Below are positions 9,374 through 19,175 of a stretch of DNA of 64,000 bases, one piece after another; within the stretch, counting starts at the first letter, position 1, and the number at the start of each line of letters is the position of its first letter. Source of the stretch: Bacteroidia bacterium (GTDB lineage Bacteria; Bacteroidota; Bacteroidia; NS11-12g; UBA9320); the NCBI GenBank assembly GCA_028247315.1, contig JAOKFZ010000001.1, positions 11,248 to 75,247 of the forward strand, read 5' to 3'. The notes under the pieces are model-generated. The model ran no database searches and was not told the origin of the DNA. It saw only the letters and a program-made list of their open reading frames with translations. The position numbers and the translations under genes were made by a program.

Positions 9374-9829
9374 ATGCAAGTACCCGGCAACACCGTAGAT
9401 GAATACATCAGCAATATACCCGAAGAACGGCAATCCGTATTTTCCCAACTGCGTAACGTAATTTTAACAAACCTACCGAAAGGCATGGCTGAGCAGATGA
9501 GTTACGGTATGATTGGCTACGTAGTACCCAAGACAGTATACCCAGCAGGCTACCATTGCAATACCGACTTACCACTGCCTTTTGCAAACTTAGCATCGCA
9601 GAAAAATAATATCTCCTTTTACCACATGGGAATCTACGCCAATGAAGAACTAATGGCGTGGTTCATAGAAGAATACACAAAACGCTGTACGTACAAGCTG
9701 GACATGGGCAAGAGTTGTGTTCGGTTCAAACGAATAGCGGATATTCCCGTAGACTTAATCGGTGAGTTGATGACCAAAATGAGCACACAAGACTGGATAG
9801 ACCTCTACGAAGAGAAATTTAAGAAATAG
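9374..9829 (+). CDS. DUF1801 (YdhG-like) domain protein
   Basis: From the ATG at 9374: VDEYISNIPEERQSVFSQLRNVILTNLPKGMAEQMSYGMIGY, typical of the YdhG/DUF1801 family. The long upstream extension of ORF 9098..9829 overlaps the opposite-strand gene and was trimmed. Confidence 0.65.
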   Translation: MQVPGNTVDEYISNIPEERQSVFSQLRNVILTNLPKGMAEQMSYGMIGYVVPKTVYPAGYHCNTDLPLPFANLASQKNNISFYHMGIYANEELMAWFIEEYTKRCTYKLDMGKSCVRFKRIADIPVDLIGELMTKMSTQDWIDLYEEKFKK

Positions 9830-9836
9830 TCCCACA

Positions 9837-10199
9837 CTAATATTTTTTGCCGTGCTTGGCTATACGCTGGGCGTTGTACCTCATTTTAGCAACAATGTGC
9901 TTCTCTAAGTCAACTTGCTTGTACCCCGCCAAATCCATGACACGTATCAGTATATCGGCCAACTCATCTTCAAAGGTATTCTTCACGTTATCCTCAAATG
10001 CCGTTTTAAAATGTGCATCGTCCAGCTCCAAAATAGGACCTACATCACTCGGTGCATAGCGGTCATTGCGGTCCGCTTCCAAAGCCTCGCTCACCTCGCT
10101 ATGTATCAAGCACAGCATCTCTCCTAGGTTTCTCTGCTCTGCATAGAAGCCTTTCTCTACCGCATTGCGGTGAATTTCACTACTCAGTTTATTGATCAT
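9837..10199 (-). CDS. MazG-like nucleoside triphosphate pyrophosphohydrolase family protein
   Basis: All-alpha NTP-PPase signature: HSEVSEALEA (ExxE) and FEDELADILIRVMDLA (ExxD). Confidence 0.65.
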   Translation of the reverse strand: MINKLSSEIHRNAVEKGFYAEQRNLGEMLCLIHSEVSEALEADRNDRYAPSDVGPILELDDAHFKTAFEDNVKNTFEDELADILIRVMDLAGYKQVDLEKHIVAKMRYNAQRIAKHGKKY

Positions 10200-10770
10200 T
10201 TTTACTTTCTATGAATGTTATCAATTTTTCTACCGCTCTGCCCCTATGGCTCATTGTTGCTTTTGCATCCATGCTCATGTCGGCAAAGGTTCGCTCCTCT
10301 CCTTCTGGCTTAAAAATAGGATCGTACCCAAACCCTTTGGCTCCACTTCTCACTGTGGCAATGGCTCCATCGCACACACCCTCAAAGGTGTACTCTGTGC
10401 CTGCCCAGATGAGAGCTACCACGGTTCTAAATCGGGCTCTTCTATTTTCTTTACCTTCTAAATTTTGCATTAGCAACGCCATGTTGTCCTCACTGTTCTT
10501 TTGCTCACCCGCATACCGTGCGGAGTATACACCCGGAGTTCCGTCCAATGCTTCTACCTCTAGTCCTGTGTCATCTGCAAAACAGTTCTCTCCAGTCTTT
10601 TCGTAGACCTGTCGCACCTTTTGCAAGGCATTGGCTTCTAGTGTATTCCCCGTTTCCACAAGCTCATCGGGGAATACTATAGGGTCTAGTCCTTCTAGGG
10701 TATATGCTGGCAACTTAGCTCGTACTTCAGCTATTTTATTGGGATTTTGCGATGCAAAAATGATTTTCAT
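10189..10770 (-). CDS. rdgB: RdgB/HAM1 non-canonical purine NTP pyrophosphatase
   Basis: KIIFASQNPNKIAEV, TGNTLEANALQKV, CFADDTGLEVEALDGTPGVYSARYAG and FGYDPIF...MSHRGRA. Confidence 0.9.
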   Translation of the reverse strand: MKIIFASQNPNKIAEVRAKLPAYTLEGLDPIVFPDELVETGNTLEANALQKVRQVYEKTGENCFADDTGLEVEALDGTPGVYSARYAGEQKNSEDNMALLMQNLEGKENRRARFRTVVALIWAGTEYTFEGVCDGAIATVRSGAKGFGYDPIFKPEGEERTFADMSMDAKATMSHRGRAVEKLITFIESKNDQ

Positions 10771-12106
10771 GGCTGCAAATAAACAAAATCACCATCTTTG
10801 CCTCACTATCGAACCACAAGCAGGTATATCGTTTCAGCCACTCGCCGAGCGTGTACGCCCAAAATCATTGGACGAACTCGTAGGGCAACAACACATCATT
10901 GGCAAAAACAAACCGCTGCGTAGAGCACTGGAATCTGGAGGAATCTACTCCTGTATCTTTTGGGGACCTCCCGGTGTGGGCAAGACGACTATTGCTCAGA
11001 TTGTATCGCATACGCTCAAGAAGCCTTTCTTTCAGCTGAGTGCTATCAATGCCGGCGTGAAAGATATTCGTGAAACAATAGAAAAAGCTAAGAAAACCAA
11101 GTTTATGGGCAGTGGCGGCAGTGCCATCCTATTCATAGACGAGATTCACCGGTTTAATAAAAGCCAGCAAGACGCATTGTTAGGTGCTGTGGAACAAGGC
11201 ATTATAACCTTAATAGGTGCTACTACCGAAAACCCGAGTTTTGAGGTGAATGCCGCATTGCTTTCGCGTTGCGAAGTTTTTGTACTGCAACCCCTAGAAC
11301 TAGATGACCTCAAAAACTTGGTAAGCCAAGCCTGCAGCAGAGACGTTATTCTCAGCAAAAAGAAAATCACCATTAAAGAGTGGGAAGCACTCGTGAAAAT
11401 GAGTCGTGGAGACGGCAGAAAATTACTCAATGCCATAGAAATTATTGTCAATTTCAAAGGAGGAAAGACCATAACCATCACCAACAAACTGGTAGAGGAA
11501 GCTGTACAACAAAAGCTTGCTATGTTTGACAAAGGTGGTGAGCAGCACTATGACATTGCCTCTGCACTTATCAAATCGATACGTGGCAGCGATCCCAATG
11601 CTGCGGTGTATTACCTAGCCCGCCTTATAGAAGGTGGCGAAGATCCAAAATTTATTGCTCGTAGACTCATCATCGCTGCAAGTGAAGATATAGGTATGGC
11701 TAACCCCAATGCTCTTTTACTGGCAAACGCCGGTTTTGATTCTGTCAATAAGGTAGGTTATCCGGAGTGCCGTATTATTTTGTCTCAAATAGTCACCTAC
11801 TTAGCCACTAGCCCAAAGAGTAACGCTAGCTATATGGCGATCAACAAGGCTCAGGCTTTGGTCAAAGAAATGGGAGATTTGAGTGTGCCACTCAACCTAA
11901 GAAATGCTCCAACGAAACTGATGAAGGATCTTAACTATGGTAAAGGCTATAAATATTCACATGACTTTCCAAATAACTTTGCCTTTCAGGAATTTTTACC
12001 CAAGGAGATATCGGGCGAACAACTCTATGATCCTGGTCGCAATGCTGCAGAATCTAAAGTAAGAGAACGGCTAAAAGCACTGTGGAATGATAAGTATGGG
12101 TATTAG
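10769..12106 (+). CDS. rarA: Replication-associated recombination protein A (AAA+ ATPase)
   Basis: [21 protein letters not shown], Walker [29 protein letters not shown] and the MgsA C-terminal domain. The first in-frame ATG is 10769. The listed 10631 start lies inside rdgB. Confidence 0.9.
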   Translation: MAANKQNHHLCLTIEPQAGISFQPLAERVRPKSLDELVGQQHIIGKNKPLRRALESGGIYSCIFWGPPGVGKTTIAQIVSHTLKKPFFQLSAINAGVKDIRETIEKAKKTKFMGSGGSAILFIDEIHRFNKSQQDALLGAVEQGIITLIGATTENPSFEVNAALLSRCEVFVLQPLELDDLKNLVSQACSRDVILSKKKITIKEWEALVKMSRGDGRKLLNAIEIIVNFKGGKTITITNKLVEEAVQQKLAMFDKGGEQHYDIASALIKSIRGSDPNAAVYYLARLIEGGEDPKFIARRLIIAASEDIGMANPNALLLANAGFDSVNKVGYPECRIILSQIVTYLATSPKSNASYMAINKAQALVKEMGDLSVPLNLRNAPTKLMKDLNYGKGYKYSHDFPNNFAFQEFLPKEISGEQLYDPGRNAAESKVRERLKALWNDKYGY

Positions 12107-13371
12107 TCGATAATACTAAGCTCCAAGCGTTCAATTTTTTGCTCGCTTGCTTCAAGAATACGAATTTCGAAATTATCAATAACGAAAATCTCGCCTGTAT
12201 TTGGGATATCTTCCAGATTACTCACCACAAAACCACCAATGGTCTCATAGTCTCCTTCGGGTATATTGAGTTCGTACTTCTCATTGATGTAGTCTACTTC
12301 TAACTTAGCATTGAGCTGATACACACCGTCATCGCTTACTACTTCGTTTTCTTCTTCTACCTCATCGTGCTCATCTTCTATCTCACCAAAGATTTCTTCC
12401 ATGATATCTTCTACGGTGATAATACCCGCAGTACCTCCGTACTCGTCTACTACTAGAGCAATACTTTTTTGCGAACGGCTAAATTCATTGAGCATATCAT
12501 TGGCACTTTTACTCTCGTTAGTTATGAGAATTGGTATGAGTATAGACTTAATCGTTTTGGGCTTTTTATGCAGGTCTCGGTGATGCGTATAGCCAATAAT
12601 ATTATCTACGTTCTCTTGAAAAACCAGTATTTTAGAATGTTGCGTATCGATGAATAGTTTCTCCAATTCTTTGATCGTACTATCAGTGTCGATCGCAGTT
12701 ATTTCTGTACGTGGCACCAGGCAATCACGCACTTTTACATTCCCAAAATCCAATGCGTTTTTGAGTATTTCAGTATCTACTTCTTGGTCATCTCCGTCCA
12801 CATTACTCTGAGCCGATTGCAAGATAAAATGATCCAAATCTACCTTGCCAAAAGCAGGAGTTTCTTCCGTAAAATCTCCAGGCATTAACCCATTCAAGAC
12901 TCTATTGCTCAACCATAAAACAAACTGAACTACGGGCCACAGCAGCACGTAGAATACTTGAAACGGATAAATTAAAACACTCAATATCCCGCTAGGATTA
13001 AGCCTAAAAAGTGCCTTTGGCAGAAATTCTGCGGTAATTAACACAATAGCCGTAGAGATAAGAGTAGCACAGAGTAGGGCTGGGAGTGCACTAAAACCAA
13101 ATGCTTCTTCAATCATCGGCCGAAATATCTCCTCCATGGTAATACCATAAATTACCAGTGCTATGTTATTACCTACCAGAAGGGTACTAATAAATTTACT
13201 TGGAGATTTTATGTAGCTCGAGCACATTTTAGCCCAATGCTTACCTTGGTTGCTCTTCAACTCTATTCGGAGCTTGTTCGCAGAAATAAAGGCTATTTCT
13301 AAACCAGAGAAAAATGCTGAGAGTATCAGCATAGTAATAACGAGCAGTGCCGGTGACATTTTGTAATGCAA
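12103..13371 (-). CDS. CNNM(DUF21)-CBS-CorC_HlyC hemolysin-family membrane protein (GldE-like)
   Basis: N-terminal DUF21 TM region (LSAFFSGLEIAFISANKLRIEL), a CBS pair, and a C-terminal CorC/HlyC transporter-associated domain. Same architecture as flavobacterial GldE. Confidence 0.8.
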   Translation of the reverse strand: MHYKMSPALLVITMLILSAFFSGLEIAFISANKLRIELKSNQGKHWAKMCSSYIKSPSKFISTLLVGNNIALVIYGITMEEIFRPMIEEAFGFSALPALLCATLISTAIVLITAEFLPKALFRLNPSGILSVLIYPFQVFYVLLWPVVQFVLWLSNRVLNGLMPGDFTEETPAFGKVDLDHFILQSAQSNVDGDDQEVDTEILKNALDFGNVKVRDCLVPRTEITAIDTDSTIKELEKLFIDTQHSKILVFQENVDNIIGYTHHRDLHKKPKTIKSILIPILITNESKSANDMLNEFSRSQKSIALVVDEYGGTAGIITVEDIMEEIFGEIEDEHDEVEEENEVVSDDGVYQLNAKLEVDYINEKYELNIPEGDYETIGGFVVSNLEDIPNTGEIFVIDNFEIRILEASEQKIERLELSIID

Positions 13372-13587
13372 AAATAGGATATTGTACGAAACCTTCGTTC
13401 TCGCTCAGAAAATGAGCTCTCTTCACATGAATCTGCAACCTACTTAACTTTTTAATATCTTCGTCGTTCAGAAAGAAAACAAATGAGTAACGGAAATGAC
13501 TTTAATAAAAAGCTACAAAAGGGTTGCTCGGATAACTTAACATATCTAGTTTATGACGTAAAAAAGGATTATTTAGATTTTAAAATT

Positions 13588-14229
13588 ATGAGAAGCATAC
13601 TATTAATACTAATTGCAAGTTTTTGCATACTGCAAAGTTGTAAAGAAGATGAAGACGACAGAACAGCTCCATTTGTGGAAGAGTTTGAAATTCTAGAGAT
13701 TTCTACTGACTTTGGCAAAATGTACATTCATCTGTATGATGAAACACCACTGCATAAAGCCAATTTTGATAGCTTAACAAGAACTGGTTTTTATGACAGT
13801 ACAGAGTTTCACCGATGTGTAGATGATTTTGTAATACAAGGTGGAAGCCCTACAAGCAAAGATGAGAACCGCAATAATGACGGAAGTGGCGGCCCAGGCT
13901 ACACGATAACTGCAGAGATTGATTCCAGTAAATTTCAACATTTCTACGGAGCATTGGCTGCTGCTCGTACCGGCAATATGACTAACCCAGAACGTCGATC
14001 CAGCGGGTCTCAATTCTATATTGTTACAGATTCAGATGGAGCTCATTTCCTAGATGGCGAGTACACCACATTTGGTAGAGTCCTCACAGGAATGGATGTA
14101 GCCAAAACCATAGAAAGACAACCCAAAAACGAGAGTGATTTGCCCAATGAGCGAATAAAAATGGTCGTCTCTTATGTACGCCTTACCCAAAAACAGCTTG
14201 ATGAAAAAGGAATAGTAATACCAAAATGA
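13588..14229 (+). CDS. Cyclophilin-type peptidyl-prolyl cis-trans isomerase, lipoprotein
   Basis: The ATG at 13588 gives the lipobox MRSILLILIASFCILQSC. Cyclophilin blocks FHRCVDDFVIQGG, SGSQFYIV and TTFGRVLTGMDV. Confidence 0.85.
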   Translation: MRSILLILIASFCILQSCKEDEDDRTAPFVEEFEILEISTDFGKMYIHLYDETPLHKANFDSLTRTGFYDSTEFHRCVDDFVIQGGSPTSKDENRNNDGSGGPGYTITAEIDSSKFQHFYGALAAARTGNMTNPERRSSGSQFYIVTDSDGAHFLDGEYTTFGRVLTGMDVAKTIERQPKNESDLPNERIKMVVSYVRLTQKQLDEKGIVIPK

Positions 14230-14576
14230 AGATTAGAATAAAAGACAACTCTGTACGCTATAGACTATCTCAAAATGAAGTAACTAATCTCGTAAAAAAT
14301 GGTAAGACTTGGAGTACGTGTCAGTTTGGAACGGGAGAGCTGAAATACGGTATTCTAGCAACAGATGGAAAGGAACTATCGTGTAGTTTTGATGGCAATA
14401 CGATAACAACTAGAGTTCCTAAAAGCTTATTAGTAAACTGGGATACCGACGAGCGAGTAGGCTTTAATCATACAGTAGACGACTTATATATCCTCCTGGA
14501 AAAAGATTGGCAGTGCCTCAAACCACGTGAGCATGAAGACGAAAACAACCTATATCAGCATCCTGCGAATAAATGA
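14226..14576 (+). CDS. Hypothetical protein (116 aa), coupled to the PPIase gene and fdhD
   Basis: ATGA overlaps at both ends (14226-14229 and 14573-14576). No family recognised. Confidence 0.55.
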   Translation: MKIRIKDNSVRYRLSQNEVTNLVKNGKTWSTCQFGTGELKYGILATDGKELSCSFDGNTITTRVPKSLLVNWDTDERVGFNHTVDDLYILLEKDWQCLKPREHEDENNLYQHPANK

Positions 14577-15364
14577 ACGAAGGTCTTCATTCCATAAAAA
14601 TTACCAAAACCAAGAACGGTACATCTTTAGTTAGAGAAGATTTAGTGGCGGTAGAAGCTCCGTTAGAGATACAAGTAAAACTATGGAACGAGGGCGAGCC
14701 ACGTGCTATCTCTGTCACTATGCGTACACCTGGTGACGATGAAGAATTGGCATTAGGCTTCTTATTTACCGAAGGACTATTGAAAAACTATACTGAAGTA
14801 AAGGCGATAAAATACCTTGGTGAAAATGTGGTAAAAGTCTACCTAAATGATGGGGTAACAATGGATTTACAAAAAGCGGAACGCAATTTTTATACTACAA
14901 GTAGCTGTGGAGTCTGCGGCAAGTCGAGCATAGAAGCCATTACCACTAAAACGCAATTTATCATAAAAAACAAGGCCATATCCCAGGACAAAATACTCTT
15001 TGGACTTAAGGCAAAACTAGCTGCCCAGCAGTCGCTATTCACCGCAACAGGAGGTATACACGCAGCCGCACTATTTAGTGAAACAGGGGAATTGCTTACG
15101 CTACAGGAAGACGTAGGTAGACACAACGCATTGGACAAACTAGTAGGAGAGGCCTTTCGCAAAAACGAACTCCCTCTTGAAAAAAGCATTTTACTCCTAA
15201 GTGGCAGAGCCAGTTTCGAACTCATTCAAAAAGCAACCATGGCTGGCATTGGAACGATAGTCTCTGTTGGTGCACCAAGCAGTTTAGCAGTAGACTTGGC
15301 CAGAGAAAATAGGCAGACACTAATTGGCTTTTTGAAAGAGGACAGTTACAACAGGTATTCATAA
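14573..15364 (+). CDS. fdhD: Formate dehydrogenase accessory sulfurtransferase FdhD
   Basis: TSSCGVCGK cysteine motif, GGIHAAALF and DVGRHNALDKLVG. Confidence 0.9.
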   Translation: MNEGLHSIKITKTKNGTSLVREDLVAVEAPLEIQVKLWNEGEPRAISVTMRTPGDDEELALGFLFTEGLLKNYTEVKAIKYLGENVVKVYLNDGVTMDLQKAERNFYTTSSCGVCGKSSIEAITTKTQFIIKNKAISQDKILFGLKAKLAAQQSLFTATGGIHAAALFSETGELLTLQEDVGRHNALDKLVGEAFRKNELPLEKSILLLSGRASFELIQKATMAGIGTIVSVGAPSSLAVDLARENRQTLIGFLKEDSYNRYS

Positions 15365-15562
15365 TTGACTGAGTTTCCCTTATCTTTGAAATCATGAGTA
15401 TGCTTTAGACACAAATGAGTTTGATGAAGAAAATTTGGTACACAAAGGACGATCAACTTGTACGTAAGCTACGTAAGGTAATCAGACAATTTAAAGAGCA
15501 AAATTATTAGACGTGAAAGTATATCCTCTCAACTAAATGCTTCAAACCAAAAACTTGTCTCC

Positions 15563-17854
15563 ATGTCCACCAAAAAAATAGAAATTGAAAACTTTGACTT
15601 CACTGGTCTTATACTAAAAGAGCCGAAGGAGAAAGCAGTTGGATTACCTGCTATCATATCCTCAGTAAAACAAGCAGCCAAGTATATGGACCCCATTGAT
15701 GCATTTAAACTGAGCCTCAAAATAAATCAAAAAGGAGGTTTTGACTGCCCTGGATGTGCATGGCCAGATCCAGATGACGACCGCTCTGCCTTAGGTGAAT
15801 ACTGTGAAAATGGTATGAAAGCCATCGCCGAAGAAGCGACTAAAATGTCTGTGACCAAGGCCTTTTTTGCAGAACATTCATTGGCCGACATTTCTAAATT
15901 CTCAGATTTCAAAATGGGGAAACTCGGCAGACTCACGGAACCAATGGTGCTGCGAGAGAGAGCTGCTCACTATGAGCCCATCTCATGGGAGGATGCCTTC
16001 AACCTTATAGCCAAAGAACTCAACGCCCTAGACTCCCCCGACGAAGCGATATTTTATACGAGTGGTCGTACAAGTAATGAAGCGGCCTACCTCTATCAAC
16101 TATTTATACGAACATACGGCACCAATAACCTACCAGATTGCTCTAATATGTGCCACGAGAGTAGTGGAGTAGCCTTGTCTCACACCCTTGGGATAGGCAA
16201 AGGTTCTGTTACACTAAATGACTTGCACGAAGCTGAGGTCATTATGATAATGGGACAAAACCCTGGTACGAATCACCCTCGTATGCTTGCCGCATTAGAG
16301 AAATGCAAACACAACGGAGGTAAAATAATTACCGTAAACCCGCTACCAGAAGCAGGCTTACTAAATTTTACAGACCCACAGTCGCCTGTCAGAATGATAC
16401 AAGGCGGAACATCACTTACTGATATTTTTGCTCCAGTAAAAGTAAACGGCGATGTGGCCTTCCTTAAAGCTATTATGCTACTACTAGTTGCAATGGAAGA
16501 TGCTAATCCGGGACAGGTATTGGATTGGAATTTCATAAAAGAACATACCGATGGTTTCGAAGACTTTTTAGCAGAGCTTAAAAATGAAGACATAGCACGC
16601 TGCATAACAGAAAGTGGTGTAGATAGAGAAACCATAACAAAAGTAGCCCAACTGATGGCTGATAATGAGAAGATAATCATCTGTTGGGCGATGGGACTTA
16701 CCCAACAAAAAAACGGTGTAGCCAACATACAGGAAGTAGTAAATCTTCTCCTCATGAAAGGAGCAATAGGCAAACCAGGAGCCGGAACCTGCCCTGTACG
16801 TGGTCACTCTAATGTGCAAGGAGATAGAACCATGGGTATCTGGGAAGCTCCTCAGGACGCTTTTTTAGATAAACTGGAAGAAGTTCACGGCATAAGAGCT
16901 CCAAGAGATCACGGTTACCATGTAGTATCTGCTATTGAGGCTATGAAGGCTGGCAAAGGCAAGGTTTTCTTTGCTATGGGAGGCAACTTCTTAAGTGCTA
17001 CTCCAGATACACACTACACTGCGGAGGCTCTACAAAACACTCACTTAACGGTACAGATAAGTACTAAGCTAAACCGCTCCCACCTTGTTACAGGTAAACA
17101 AGCACTCATACTTCCGTGCTTGGGGCGTACAGATAAAGATGCACAATCGAGCGGGGAGCAGTTTGTAAGCTGCGAAAACAGCATGGGTGTAGTACAGAGT
17201 TCCCAAGGAATCCTTACACCACCAAGCAAACACCTTAAGAGTGAGGTAGCTATAGTTGCTGAAATGGCACGTGCTACGCTAAAAAAATCGAGCATAGATT
17301 GGAGAGAGATGGCCGGCAACTATGATCACATACGCGAAGCGATAGAAGCTACCATACCTGGTTTTGAAGACTACAATACTAGAGTGAGACAATCGGGCGG
17401 ATTTTACTTACCCAATGGAGCGAGAGTACGTGAGTGGAGTACCGCAACCGGCAAAGCCAACTTCACTACCAACGCAATACCACACAACAAACTAAAGGAA
17501 GGCGAATATATTATGATGACACTACGTAGTCATGACCAATACAACACGACACTCTATGGCCTAGATGACCGATACCGTGGCATATACAGTGAGCGACGCA
17601 TTGTAATGATGAATGTAAATGACATGAGAATAAGAGGATGGAAAGAGAAACAAGTAGTAAATCTATTCAGTGAGTTTAATGGCGTAGAAAGAGAAGCTCT
17701 TAATTTTTTGATAGTGCCCTACCCCATCCCAGAAGGCAATGTAGCTACTTATTTTCCCGAGGCAAATCCACTTGTACCTATCGATTCATTCGCAGACAAA
17801 AGCTTTACGCCAACAAGTAAATTGGTGAAGATTACAATAGAATCCGTATCTTGA
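15563..17854 (+). CDS. FdhF/YdeP-family molybdopterin oxidoreductase
   Basis: 763 aa. N-terminal GGFDCPGCAWPDP signature of the YdeP family, molybdopterin oxidoreductase core (CSNMCHESSG) and a C-terminal dinucleotide-binding beta-barrel. Confidence 0.85.
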   Translation: MSTKKIEIENFDFTGLILKEPKEKAVGLPAIISSVKQAAKYMDPIDAFKLSLKINQKGGFDCPGCAWPDPDDDRSALGEYCENGMKAIAEEATKMSVTKAFFAEHSLADISKFSDFKMGKLGRLTEPMVLRERAAHYEPISWEDAFNLIAKELNALDSPDEAIFYTSGRTSNEAAYLYQLFIRTYGTNNLPDCSNMCHESSGVALSHTLGIGKGSVTLNDLHEAEVIMIMGQNPGTNHPRMLAALEKCKHNGGKIITVNPLPEAGLLNFTDPQSPVRMIQGGTSLTDIFAPVKVNGDVAFLKAIMLLLVAMEDANPGQVLDWNFIKEHTDGFEDFLAELKNEDIARCITESGVDRETITKVAQLMADNEKIIICWAMGLTQQKNGVANIQEVVNLLLMKGAIGKPGAGTCPVRGHSNVQGDRTMGIWEAPQDAFLDKLEEVHGIRAPRDHGYHVVSAIEAMKAGKGKVFFAMGGNFLSATPDTHYTAEALQNTHLTVQISTKLNRSHLVTGKQALILPCLGRTDKDAQSSGEQFVSCENSMGVVQSSQGILTPPSKHLKSEVAIVAEMARATLKKSSIDWREMAGNYDHIREAIEATIPGFEDYNTRVRQSGGFYLPNGARVREWSTATGKANFTTNAIPHNKLKEGEYIMMTLRSHDQYNTTLYGLDDRYRGIYSERRIVMMNVNDMRIRGWKEKQVVNLFSEFNGVEREALNFLIVPYPIPEGNVATYFPEANPLVPIDSFADKSFTPTSKLVKITIESVS

Positions 17855-17861
17855 ACCCATT

Positions 17862-18053
17862 ATGGGCACTAAAAGTAGAAAGAAAAAAAACACGAACAGG
17901 AAACGTAATGTTTATATCCTTGGTATTGGCATGGGATTATTGATAGGCGTAGTATTCGGAATAGCCAGTGAGAGTATGATTCCTAGTCTTATCGTATGCG
18001 GAATACTCGGCTATGGAATGGGCTATGCCATACACAAAACAATTACAGGGTAA
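17862..18053 (+). CDS. Small basic two-TM membrane protein (63 aa)
   Basis: Lys/Arg-rich N-terminus (KSRKKKNTNRKR) then two hydrophobic segments. Starts 8 nt after the oxidoreductase stop, and its stop overlaps the mobA ATG (TAATG). Confidence 0.4.
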   Translation: MGTKSRKKKNTNRKRNVYILGIGMGLLIGVVFGIASESMIPSLIVCGILGYGMGYAIHKTITG

Positions 18054-18667
18054 TGGGTCTAAAAGGTGTAGTATTAATGGGAGGTCAAAGCTCCCGTATG
18101 GGTCAGGATAAATCGCAGCTTGCTGTCCCCACATCTATCCTTAGCTATAACAGCCCGTCGACTGCCGCTCAGACGGATGAAAAACTGCAAACACTAGCAG
18201 AATTCGCTCACTCCAAACTCAAATGCTACTTAGATAATGTTCATTTCTCTATAAATAAAAGTCAAGCAGGACTTGGTCTTGAGAACACCATAGTGGATGA
18301 GTATGAAGAAGAAGGACCCCTATCAGGCATTATCTCTGCTTTAAAGGACACTCAATCCTCTATCCTAGTACTGGGAGTAGATATGCCACTCGTCACGAAG
18401 CAGAGCATCAAAAGTCTGATTCAACAACGCAATTGGGATTTGCTCACTACTACCTTTTACAATAATCAAAGCAATACGTGGGAACCCATGCTCAGCATTT
18501 GGGAGTACGAAACTCTTCCATGCTTAGAGGAGTACTTTAATAGCGGAGGTCGGTCTATACAAAAATTCCTAAACCAATTTGGAAACCAACGTGTACCAAT
18601 CCCAAACCTTGAAGAATTTACCAATGTAAATACCATGGAGGAGTATAAAACAATAGGTCTAAGCTGA
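18053..18667 (+). CDS. mobA: Molybdenum cofactor guanylyltransferase
   Basis: From the ATG at 18053: GVVLMGGQSSRMGQDKSQL (the LAGGxSxRMGxDK motif) and VLGVDMPL. Confidence 0.75.
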   Translation: MGLKGVVLMGGQSSRMGQDKSQLAVPTSILSYNSPSTAAQTDEKLQTLAEFAHSKLKCYLDNVHFSINKSQAGLGLENTIVDEYEEEGPLSGIISALKDTQSSILVLGVDMPLVTKQSIKSLIQQRNWDLLTTTFYNNQSNTWEPMLSIWEYETLPCLEEYFNSGGRSIQKFLNQFGNQRVPIPNLEEFTNVNTMEEYKTIGLS

Positions 18668-18698
18668 GTTATCTAGCGATAATAAGGATGGCCTGATT

Positions 18699-19175
18699 CT
18701 AAGGCAGCAGCTCACTCGCTACAATCTGAAAACTACGAATACCATAATGCTCAATAATATCTTTCACCAGATGTGTGCGTACCACGAGCAACAGATTCTT
18801 TTTGTCATTGGATTCATAATTGTCAATGATATACCTGGCCGCCATATGAATGCCTTCATTTTTAAGTTCTAATTTACCAAGTTCATCCAATACCAAAAAC
18901 TCAAAATCGTACTGATCAAAGGTTTTAATCAAAAGGAAATTGGCAATCTTAAAGGTATCTTCTAAAAAGTGAAATTTCCCTATCGAAATAGTCTTATCAC
19001 TTTTTGCTCTCACCTCTAGCGGAAACTTCTCTCGGGTTTCAATATTGTACAAGTACTTGCGTTCTTCCTTGTCATCAGGACAGAGTATTCCTTTCACATT
19101 ATCCCACGTGGTAACCCACTCTCGTAATGCACTAGTTTTACCCGTTCGTATATCACCAGCTAAGATGTAAATCAT
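18699..19175 (-). CDS. Small P-loop NTPase (THEP1/DUF2478/MobB-like size class)
   Basis: Walker A at the extreme N-terminus (ILAGDIRTGKTSAL) and Walker B FLVLDELGKLE. 158 aa. Its ATG shares one base with the upstream stop codon. Confidence 0.65.
   Translation of the reverse strand: MIYILAGDIRTGKTSALREWVTTWDNVKGILCPDDKEERKYLYNIETREKFPLEVRAKSDKTISIGKFHFLEDTFKIANFLLIKTFDQYDFEFLVLDELGKLELKNEGIHMAARYIIDNYESNDKKNLLLVVRTHLVKDIIEHYGIRSFQIVASELLP

Noticed and set aside
10631-10768. Extended rarA start at 10631 and extended mobA start at 17996
   Set aside because: Both extensions run through the coding sequence of neighbouring genes (rdgB; the 63-aa peptide). Their translations are not homologous to RarA or MobA N-termini.
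15365-15562. Moco riboswitch upstream of the YdeP-type molybdoenzyme gene
   Set aside because: The spacer is A/T-rich, lacks G+C-rich multi-stem architecture, and I could not find the conserved Moco-motif junction sequences. A covariance-model scan would be needed to revive the idea.
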